From the human T2T-CHM13v2.0 reference genome, Homo sapiens, in assembly GCF_009914755.1 (NCBI RefSeq), contig NC_060941.1: a DNA stretch of 64,000 nucleotides. One strand, written 5' to 3'. Positions 52,081 to 64,000 of the stretch are shown piece by piece. Both the position numbers and the translations under genes were made by a program. The notes under the pieces are model-generated. The model was given only the letters and a program-made list of their open reading frames with translations. It was not told the DNA's origin and made no database searches. The first letter of the stretch is position 1; each line of letters begins with the position of its first letter.

Positions 52081-53269
52081 TTAGGGCTAGAGCCTGAGCC
52101 GTGATGTGGAGCAACAACGGCTGAGTTGTACAGCAGGTCAGTCCAGGACCTTCGTATCATCACTACCAGGCTTTAAACAAGTGTGCTAATATCTGATCTG
52201 CCCACGGGGATGAGCTTAAACACACCCACTCAGAAAACTCTCTTCAGATCCATTAACAGAGGGGCCTTTCAATTCCTAAGCATATCCAGCCTGTAAAAAG
52301 TTTTGCAATATTCAACCCTGAGATTGGACCTGTTGAACCCTTTTCATTTTGTGAACTATTTTTGTAGATTTTTTTGACACATCTCGGCACAAATGAAACA
52401 ACAGACAATGTTTTAAGAGGAGTCTCTCATTCGACTTCAGTTATTTGCAACCTTCATTTTTCACCTTTAAAAATTTAACAGATATGTGAGTGGAATAAAA
52501 TTAATTTCCACCACCCACAATAGTTCATTAGTGAAATAAGGAAAGTATTTAATGGATTTGTGCTTGGTGTGCCTAAAATTATTTCACCATAACAAAAGGT
52601 CTTGAAAGACTAAGAAAAAGTCTGATGACAATTAAATTGCCTATCTGAACAGGAGTACTGTACAGCAGGAAAACATAGTCTTAAAATAGCTCATTGTAGA
52701 GCTGGAAAAGAGAGGGAGAAATACATAAAGGAAGCACAAAGGTGTTGCATATGAAATGAAAATCTTTTTTAAAAAATACCAACACAGTACTTGTTCTTTG
52801 CTTGTGCAGAGTCCCAGATTTTCACAATCTTTCATGCTTCCATTTCATTTCTGTGGGGGCGTGACTTGTTTCAGTTAGAATCCTAAGCAAACTCCATTTC
52901 TCTGCTTTAAAAGGTAAAACTTCATTCTTCCCAGATGTACAGTAAAGCTTTGGAGGCTTCACGTTTTGAAACCTACTGATTAAGAATTTGACATTTTCTG
53001 CGAAAAAATGCCCAGTAGGGCACAAAGACAGCAGGAGGGAAGGTTCAGCAAACAAAATTTCCCCCCGCCCTTTTCATACAGCACCTTCTATATAACATCA
53101 GGGGTAGAAGAGACTGTAGCAGTGATCTCATCCATAGCCTCTTTTACAGTTGAAGAAAATGAAGTACAGAGAGGGTGAATGGTTTGTCCAAGGGCACACA
53201 GCCAGTTAGTGGCCAAAGAAGACAATCCTATCTGGGTCTTTCCTGAACTATAGCACCCAAATACCAGTT

Positions 53270-53560
53270 CTTTTCTTTTTTTAAATTATGTATTTATTTA
53301 TTTATTTTGAGACAGAGTCTCACTCTGTTGCCCAGGCTGGAGTGCAGTGAGCAACCTCCACCTCCTGGGTTTAAGCAATTCTCCCAAGTAGCTGGGATTA
53401 CAGGTGCACGCCATCACACCCAGCTAATTTTTGTATTTTTAGTAGAGACAGGTTTTTGCCATGTTGGCCAAGCTGGTCTCAAACCCCTGACCTCAAGTGA
53501 TTCACCTGCCTTGGACTCCCAAAATGCTGGGATTACAGGCGTGAGACACCGTGCCTGGCC
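53270..53560 (-). mobile_element. Alu (AluS-like, deletions)
   Basis: Dimer. Confidence 0.92.
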
Positions 53561-54036
53561 CTGAACACCAATTCTTGCTTATTTATTTGATAAATGCTTG
53601 CCAGGGAGGGCTTCAGCACAAATCCATTTCATAGCTTCGTCTTTATTAATGCACTCGTTGAAAGCAATGCATTTTTTTGTGATGTCCTCTAATGCAGCAT
53701 GATCAGGAAGAATGCTTCAGTTCCATGCCCTCTGCTCCTCCCGAGCCCAGCTTAGTACAATTTGAAGATGACCTGCAGGTCCCACTGCAAGGCAGCAGGT
53801 TGCCCACAGCCTTTGGTTTGTTAGGTCAAGGAATGGGTGAGTCTGGCATGTGGCCCTCCCCAGGGTAGGGATGTTCTGGAATCTTCTGGGTCCCAGGAGG
53901 CTCATTTGTCTAAGTCTTAACTCTTTCTGCTCTTTTTGACTCTGCGAGGAAAACGCAAGAAATGAAACCCGAATTTCTTTTTTATTATCTGGTAACATTT
54001 TGCCAAAATAATTGTTTTTTTGTTTTCTGGTTTTCA

Positions 54037-55152
<1,116 letters not shown>

Positions 55153-55554
55153 ATAGTCACATGGAGGGTGTTGCATTTTAGGCCAAGGAAACAGCATGAA
55201 TAAATTGATGGGGGCCCTTATACATTTCCTCTTTGAGTATCATCAAGTACTTTGGTGCTGCCAGAGTTCAGGGGAGTGTAATACTCAGATTTTTTATGGT
55301 TGCAAGTAACAGGAAATTTGACTCAGAATTGCTTGGCATAAGAGGTTAGCAAACTTTTTCTGTAAAGTGCCAGATAGTACATATTTTATGCTTTGCAAGC
55401 CGCATAGTGGCCAGAGATAGGGGAGTTTTCTTCGGTAATTCAATGTCAACAAGGACCTTGTGTTCCAGCTCGCCACACTGTATTTCATAATGTTGGCAGC
55501 CAGCATATCCAGGGACTTCAGGGTCTTTTTCTATGTCTGGAGATTAAGAGGAAC

Positions 55555-55705
55555 ATTTTAATGAAATATTTTAAAAATCTGAGTTAATGCAAAAAAAAAA
55601 AAAACCCACGATGAACAAAATGTGAACATTTTAAATAAAGAGAGGACTCGCATTACTAATTTTTTCTTTTGGCCTCAGGTTCCAATATGGCTTGGTATGG
55701 CACTG
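55555..55705. mobile_element. MER53-like hAT fragment
   Basis: ttttaaataaag...ttttggcctcaggttccaat...ggcactg. Confidence 0.55.
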
Positions 55706-55737
55706 AGAGTTAATGGCCAGAAATACAGTGGAATATG

Positions 55738-55739
<2 letters not shown>

Positions 55740-55779
<40 letters not shown>
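55740..55779. repeat. (TG)n microsatellite, about 20 units
   Basis: Direct reading. Confidence 0.97.
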
Positions 55780-55783
<4 letters not shown>

Positions 55784-56020
55784 GGAAAGAGATGAACCAC
55801 AAAGCCAGAAGAAATCTTAATCACAGAAGCTTAGTTCAATCAATTTTACAGGTGCAGAGCTGAGAAATTAAGTGTTTTCCCATGAATCAATCACAGAGAT
55901 CTTTAAAAAGATTAAAGCTCAGATCTCTTGACCACAAATCCCGTGGATACTTACACAGCAGAGGCTTCTAAGACAGAGGAAACTCACATCTCTCCAGAAG
56001 AGGCAAGCCCAATGATTTGA

Positions 56021-56565
<545 letters not shown>

Positions 56566-56742
56566 CTATGTGCACACGACAGTTCTGAACACAGCAAAAG
56601 TTCTGAATAAGGCAAAGGACAGCTGCAGCCTGCTGTTCCAGGTCTCACTTTTTCTTTGTCCCCTTATAGGCTTTTGCAAAGCTGTAGGTCCCATGGAGGG
56701 TGGGTAACTGGTTTACAAGGTCCAGGGATCTGTTCTAGGTCG

Positions 56743-56848
56743 TAGGATCAACTCATCTCAGTTTGCTTGGGGCTTTCCTACTTTTAGCACTGAAAATCTC
56801 AAGTCCCAGGAAACCTTCAGTCCCAGGCACACTGTCACAGCTGGTCAG
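56743..56848. mobile_element. MER94-like element
   Basis: cagtttgc...ttttagcactgaaa...gtcccagg...cagctggtca. Confidence 0.6.
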
Positions 56849-56861
56849 AATCACTTTAGGT

Positions 56862-56960
56862 GCTTGAACCCAGGAGGCAGAGGTTGCAGTGAGCCGAGAT
56901 CGCACCACTGCACTCCGGCCTGGGTGACAGAGTGAGATTCAGTCTCACACACACAAAAAA
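56862..56960 (+). mobile_element. Short 5'-truncated Alu
   Basis: gcttgaacccaggaggcagaggttgcagtgag...; aatcact on both flanks. Confidence 0.9.
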
Positions 56961-57628
56961 TCACTGTAGAGACCAGCATCCACATTGGGACCCCACTGTG
57001 AGTTCCAGAGTCATTGTGGAGGTGGGGTGTTGACCTTTTCTCAAGAATAGGGTAGAACTCCAGCGTGTGGAGTAAAGGAGTGGATGAACTTGTTTTTCAA
57101 GCTGGGGGATAGGAACTTCTGGTAAAACCTGTCCTTCAGCCTCTGATAAGAATCAGAATCTTTTGGCCAGGGTCTGTAGGCTGAAGGCAATAAGGGTTTA
57201 TCACTACCCCCATGGCACCGGGGCTGCAGGCCAGAGGTATCTGGTGAGGACCTTTGGGTGACAGGAAAGCATTGACACTGATAACAGGCAGACTAGAAAA
57301 TGCTGAGATTCAATCCCTGCCACTCCTGGAATCAGGGCAGAGGGAATGGGGGCAGAAACTTTTGTATCCAAATCTACCTCCAGGGACTGGGTTTCTAGGA
57401 CAACACTCCCTCCCATGCGGCCAGCCATGGAGCATCTCCCCAGTCACCTGGCTCAGCCTCCCTCCCAAGACAGGGCTGCTGGAGGAAGTGCTAAAGACAT
57501 GAGATCCTGTCAACACCTGGGTGGTGTGGGGCAGTCTCCCACCTGGATTTTGAGAGGTGGCTGTGGACAGGAAGGCAAGAGTGGGAATGAAAGGTTGGAA
57601 AGTCCATCAGAGTTACCTTCCCCCTCTG

Positions 57629-57675
57629 GTGTGTGCGCACGCACGTGCACACACACACACACACACACACACACG
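57629..57675. repeat. (GT)/(GC)/(CA)n alternating purine-pyrimidine tract
   Basis: Direct reading. Confidence 0.9.
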
Positions 57676-58301
57676 TACATGCACATTTATGTACATTCCA
57701 CCCTGATTAAAGCATTGTGAACTCTTATGAGAGGAAACAGAAATGTGAAGTCCTGACTGAGTCCACAAGTGAAATCTTAGTGAGTAAGTGTCTGAGCAGG
57801 AAAAGGAGTCCAGGTGCCCATTAGTTCCGGCAAATTCCCACAGTTCAGGATCTCCCTGAACAATTTCCACTGGGCTAGGACAGTCAGGGTGTTGTGAAGA
57901 TATATTCAGCTTCTAGTAATAACTTCCAACATACTGGAGAGAACAAAGACTGGAGAGGTTCCAAAGAGATCACCTGCTACAGAAGGATCTGACGAGGCTG
58001 TAAGGTTATGGAATGGGTAGGAGGAAAGGTTAGGACTTAGATAGAAGGAGACTGGGGGGATGTGGAAGAGGAGGGAGTCAAGGGTTCCATTCAGAGAGGT
58101 GGGAAAGGTTCAAGAACAGCCTGCTTTGACATAGATAATAGTCTTTATTGCTTTACGGTTACTGATGTATATGTCTATTATGTCTAATTCGTCTTCCACC
58201 CATCCCCTCCACTTTCAATTTACAAGCTCCATGAAGACAGGGCTGTGTCTTATTCAACTGTGTATCTATGTTAAGTGCTTAGCAGAGTGCCTTTAACATC
58301 A

Positions 58302-58609
<308 letters not shown>

Positions 58610-58611
58610 AT

Positions 58612-59176
<565 letters not shown>

Positions 59177-60999
59177 TAAGACATATATCTTGGGACGAAG
59201 AATGTCTACCACAAATGTAAAAATAAGCCTGGTGAAACAAACTGATGTCCATATCCAAGCCCCCAAAATACAATTATGAATTATTTCTGTTAAAGCTTAA
59301 GTATAAAAAGTCACCCAGACTTTTTCATCAAGATCTTCATTGAGACCATGCACATCCTGTCAACCAATACAACTTTGTCTTTTTGAAAATAGTCCATAAT
59401 TCCATGTAAACCAGAATGACCAATTCAGGTAAATCAGAAGGGCTTGGTATTTGCAACCTCTGTGTATTATGCAGGTTGGTTCTATGTCAGGGACAGCAAA
59501 TGCCTAGCACCAGTGAGCTGCTGACTGCTTGCTGAAGCCATTGTGATGACATGTCATGACTCCTCAGGTTATGCATCTCTTCCATTTCTCTTTGATTCCT
59601 ATTATTGTACTTCTTTCCCCACCTTCTATTCCTCTTCTATATTTTCCTCTTTGTCTTCCTGTATCAAAGAATCTAATCATTGCCCATGCATGCACACCCT
59701 TCTAGGTGTTTCTGTCTCTTTTCTCTACCACATCCCTCCCCAAGAGTGACAGCTGCTGGTTCCCACTCTTCCTGAGGCCTGATCGCTCAGCTTTTCCTTG
59801 GAGTCCATGAGGTTCCTTGGAGTCCACCGTCCTCCTCATACTTTAATTTGTCTAAGTAGATTTCTGTTCTTGCAACCAAAGTTACCCCAAGCCCTTTCCT
59901 TCTGGCCTCTGCTGTAGGATAGGCCTGCCAGTGGCACCTGGAGGAACTGCTCAGCCAGGACGTCAAAGGGCTATCACCCAGCCTGCATGCTATGAAGCAT
60001 CAGAATATCTGGAAATGGGTGGATGTTGGTTGAATTTTCTATTTTTTAGTGGAATGTTTCAGCATCTTTTGGACAAGGCTCTCTGGCTAGCTTAAGCACC
60101 TTGTTAAGACCATTAAATGAATTTTGTGGTGCAAGACAAGGAAGATTCACGTTAATATTGCCACTAAGCCCTACCTATATGGGAGGCTTAGCTGGATATA
60201 GGTGATCAGGGATTTCTTTCTCTCTCTCTTTCTTTCTTTTTAAAGAATGGAAAACATTAAAATTGGGAAATAAAGTGGACTTTAGACTTTATCTCCCTAA
60301 AAGGAATGGCTGTAGAACAGCAAAACCTTCTTCTATTTCCAGAAGGGAATTGTGGCAAGAGAATAGAAGCTTTACGGGGAATTACTGGTATTATCAAAGG
60401 CTTTTCAAAATAGACTTGAAATGAATAGTTGTGTGCTGGTTTTATTACTGCTTTGCGAGTTTACATTTTGTTTTTGTATGGTATTTTTCTCTCCTCTATG
60501 AGATGGTTGCTAAGGCATGAGAGCAAATAACCTTTATTGTGTTGAATTTGGGACCGAACGCAATTATCTTATAATTTGGGTTCATAGTGTCATTTTTGAC
60601 AGTTATATTATGAGCTTTTTGGGGAAAATTGAGCCCACATGCTGTAAGCTGCTTCCTCTTCAGTTGCCCTTCAAGTTACAACATCTATGCTCCTCTATCC
60701 CCCATTCATTTGCACTTGGGCAGCCTTGGGGCCAGATGCTGCTTGGAGGCAAACCAGACGATCCACTGTGGGCACTACCAAGCCACAGCATTGTCTGCTC
60801 TGAAGAGGCCCTGTCCCCTGTCATATGTTATTTCCAGGTGACTACATGGACATGGGTCTCAAGGGATGCTGCAAATGGTTATTACTAAAGGTATGTTGCA
60901 TTGCTCACAACAAAGGGAAGTCATAAGTCAACAGAATTTTTGTACATCAAGCCAATGTTCTTAGTAGCCTTCGTGACTATTTCGGAGATGTTTTATCTT

Positions 61000-61008
61000 C
61001 CTTCCTTC

Positions 61009-61087
<79 letters not shown>

Positions 61088-61373
61088 TTTTTGAGACAGA
61101 GTCTCGCTCTGTCACCCAGGCTGGAGTGCAGTGGTGCGATCTCGGCTCGCTGCAAACTCTGCCTCCTGGGTTCACCCCATTCTCCCTGCCTCAGCCTCCT
61201 GAGTAGCTGGGACTACAGGCGCCTGCCACCCCACCCGGCTAATTTTTTGTATTTTTAGTAGAGACGGGGTTTCATGGTGTTAGCCGAGATGGTCTCGATC
61301 TCCTGACCTCATGATCTGCCCACCCCGGCCTCCCAAAGTGCTGGGATTACAGGCATGAGCCACCGTGCCCAGC
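61000..61373 (-). mobile_element. AluY-like with a (TTTC)n tail microsatellite (about 61001-61088)
   Basis: TSD tgttttatcttc. Confidence 0.96.
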
Positions 61374-61559
61374 TGTTTTATCTTCATTTCTGACTGGCCT
61401 TTAGTTGGCAGCACTTCTTACCTAATCTATCCCGTAGCATTTTTGTAAAGGAAGGTAATGAGCTATAAATAAATTTTGAAATGTACCATGGGAACACATT
61501 GCTTACAGAAATCCTTCTTTAAATAACAATTATTTTCTCTGTTCCTTCCCATTGCCCTA

Positions 61560-62036
61560 GTAGAAGTTTGAGTTCCCCCATAGCACACCCTGAGATAAGA
61601 GTTTAAGTGCAAATGGTTTACTCGGGAGTAATGTCAGGAAACACCAGTGGGATGTGAGGAAGTGGTACAGGGAAGGGAAGGACATCAATAAGAGATACAA
61701 CATCAAATAGGTTACTACTGTGGGTAAGTGGGGCTAAATCCTGCCAAGGATCCCTGGGAGGCAGCATAGAAGACACACCTCAGAGTTATACCACCTAAGG
61801 GCGAGGGAGCTGGGGTATTTATATACCAACTCCTTCAGTCATTAGTCAAGGGCTGCTCAGGGGTGGGAGTGAGTTGCCATTTCCCAGCACTTCTGCCTTC
61901 TACATGGGCAGGGACTACCAAAACCCAAGAAAGCTCTCAGGCAGAGATGTTAAGTGCTGATAGTTGGAAGCCAAGCCAGTGTATGCTGAAATGTAGAGGC
62001 TGGGAGGCTGTGGCCAGGACACCCAACATCTGCTAC
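61560..62036 (-). mobile_element. MLT1I/J/K-like solo LTR
   Basis: agtttgagttcccc...accctgagataagagtttaagtgcaa...gagctggggtatttatatacc...aacatctgcta. Confidence 0.75.
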
Positions 62037-62979
62037 CCTTAGCTCCCCGGAGCATGTGAGAAGTCAACTCTCCATTGCTCCCGAGAATCACCACCAGCAT
62101 TTTATTGTGCTTAAGACACACATTGTCTTCTATGTGCATTTTCTGCAAACCTAAAAAGGGTTGTAAAGACTTATTAGAAAAGTGAAGTGTTTTCCCTCAA
62201 AATATTTCTTTATGTAGAAATATGAGGAAATGGAGCCAGTGACCACAATAAATAGATTAATAAAAATCCTTTTCAAAATGTCCCCACCCATCATTTTCAG
62301 TGGATAGAGGATATAGATGCTAACATGTACAGCCTTTATTTTCAATATGGTCTTTAAACCACCAGCAGTGGCTTCTCATGTTTGGCATAGGCTCGCCCCT
62401 TAGATGCTTTTTGAAAGTGTCTACATATCCCTGGGTACCTCATGGACTATGGTGTGGCAGGGAAACCATCTGTAAAGTGCCCAAGTGGGCAGGGGCCAAA
62501 TGGGGGTATGTGATGCCTGTTTTTGAGGGAAAATACTTCATTTCCCTAATGACAAGTCTCTAAAAGCCATTTTTCTTTCTTTCTTTCTTTCTTTTTTTTT
62601 TTTTGGTTTGTAGAAAATGCACATAGAAGACATTTACCAATAAAAGCTGGTGGTGATTCTCAGGAGCAACAGAGAGAGTCGACTTCCTCTCACGTGCTCC
62701 AGGGAGCTAAGTGCAGCAGATGTTGCTGGTGTCCTGCCCACAGCCTCTCAGCCTCTACATTTCAGCACACACTGGCTTGGCTTCCAACTGCCAGCACTTA
62801 TATATCTTCCCCTGATAGCTTTCTTGGGTTTTGGTAGTCTCTGCCCATGCAGGCAGAAGTGCTGAGAAATGACCACCCACCCTCACCCCTGAGCAGCCCT
62901 CGACCAATGACTGAGGGAGTTGGTATATAAATACCCCAGCTCCCTCGCCCTCAGATGGTGTAACTCTGAGCTGTGTCTT
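61770..62979. repeat. Long inverted repeat: arms 61770-62107 and 62638-62979, 530-bp spacer
   Basis: Manual reverse-complement alignment gives about 87% identity over about 340 bp; perfect 36-bp core at 61798-61833 / 62916-62951. Confidence 0.93.
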
Positions 62980-63449
62980 TTATTCCTAGGCACCACCTCC
63001 AAACACACTCACAACTGAAAGTGTGATTCAATCCAGCCATCTTAATTCCATCAACATCTCTTGGAAGTTCTGGATCTTCTTGTCCCCAGTGAGTCCTGCT
63101 GCTCTATTTATCCCTAATGGCACTCTGGCAGCTGAACCAATCATACCCTACTCAAGCTCCTATTGCTTTGAGAGTTTTTAAGTCTCTCTAGGTTCCTAAC
63201 ATAGCATCGGAAAGGGATCTTGGTAATGAAGAAAATTAAGCTCATGGAGTCTCTATTGCACACAGATGCCACAAGAGAGTTGAGCTGAACTTCTTGAGAT
63301 CCATATTAATGAGTTGGCATCTGGGCAACGTGGAACCCAGAACAGTTGTATATCAGGTCTGCCTAAATGGTAGCCTGCATCCGTTATCAGATCCATTGAC
63401 CATTTCCATTTTGATTCCTAATTCTTGTCCTGGCTATGTAATTTGTGAC

Positions 63450-63600
63450 ATTTCAGAGCTAGAAAAAACCTTAAAGATCATTTAGCCAACTTGTTTTACT
63501 AGTAAGAATATTGCATTCTAGTGTAGTTAGGTAATTTACCGAGAGTTCAACAGCAGCTGAAGAACTGAGCCTGGGGGACAGAGCCAGACTTTTCCACTTC
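63450..63600. mobile_element. MIR fragment
   Basis: ttaaagatcatttagccaac...ggtaatttacc-agagttcaacagc. Confidence 0.55.
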
Positions 63601-64000
63601 GCTGCAGCAGCATTTCTCATTGAATTTGGTAGAAGCAAATGTTTCGTTTCACAAAGTTTTTTATTTTTTAAATGCCTGCTTAAGGCAGTGCAAGGCACTG
63701 TAGGGGATTTGAAGAACAAGTGCCCTCATGGCTCTGAGCAATGCAAACGTGAAGAAACCATTACACAGTATAGCAGAGATATTTTATTTTAATATGTGGG
63801 TCCATGTGATAAACTGAGGCACTCACCCTGGCCCTCATGCCCTGATAAGCTTGCTGCCACAGGTGAGGAATCTATCCTTCCTAATCTGTGCTAGGACTCA
63901 GGGGTTCGCAGATGAGACAGGAGCTGACATCCATGTATGGTTAGGATAAGGGAGTAAACCGCCCCACTGTGCAGTCCCGTCTGCCTTGGCCAACCTGACT

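Overview
Primate, most likely human, genomic DNA with no supportable intact protein-coding exon. The ORF track consists of Alu-, L1-, microsatellite- or CpG-island-derived chance ORFs, plus fragments of one pseudogene. About 60 Alu copies or fragments make up roughly a quarter of the window; L1, L2, MIR, MaLR LTRs and DNA transposons are also present. Main landmarks: (1) A CpG-island promoter at about 4.0-4.6 kb, where two RFX X-boxes symmetrically flank a triple GC-box. A minus-strand splice donor lies on its left side, so it looks like a bidirectional promoter of an RFX-driven (ciliary/spermatid-type) gene transcribed leftwards out of the window. From memory only, and unverified, this layout fits MARCHF10/MARCHF10-DT. 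(2) A four-level nest, Charlie1 > L1MC > Tigger2 > Alu, at 24.7-29.8 kb. (3) A near-full-length ancient L1M at 30.9-41.5 kb. It hosts a full-length processed PRELID3B (SLMO2) pseudogene, a younger L1PA, an MLT1A and several Alus. The retrocopy appears to record a short-3'UTR parent mRNA that may have been cryptically spliced. (4) An inverted duplication of about 340 bp and about 87% identity at 61.8-63.0 kb, made of MLT1 LTR plus unique flank, with a perfect 36-bp core over the LTR TATA box. (5) Several fold-back palindromes and templated insertions inside the L1s. I found no convincing novel multi-gene system. The best leads are regulatory and structural. Repeat subfamily names come from recalled consensus motifs, and boundaries are approximate.
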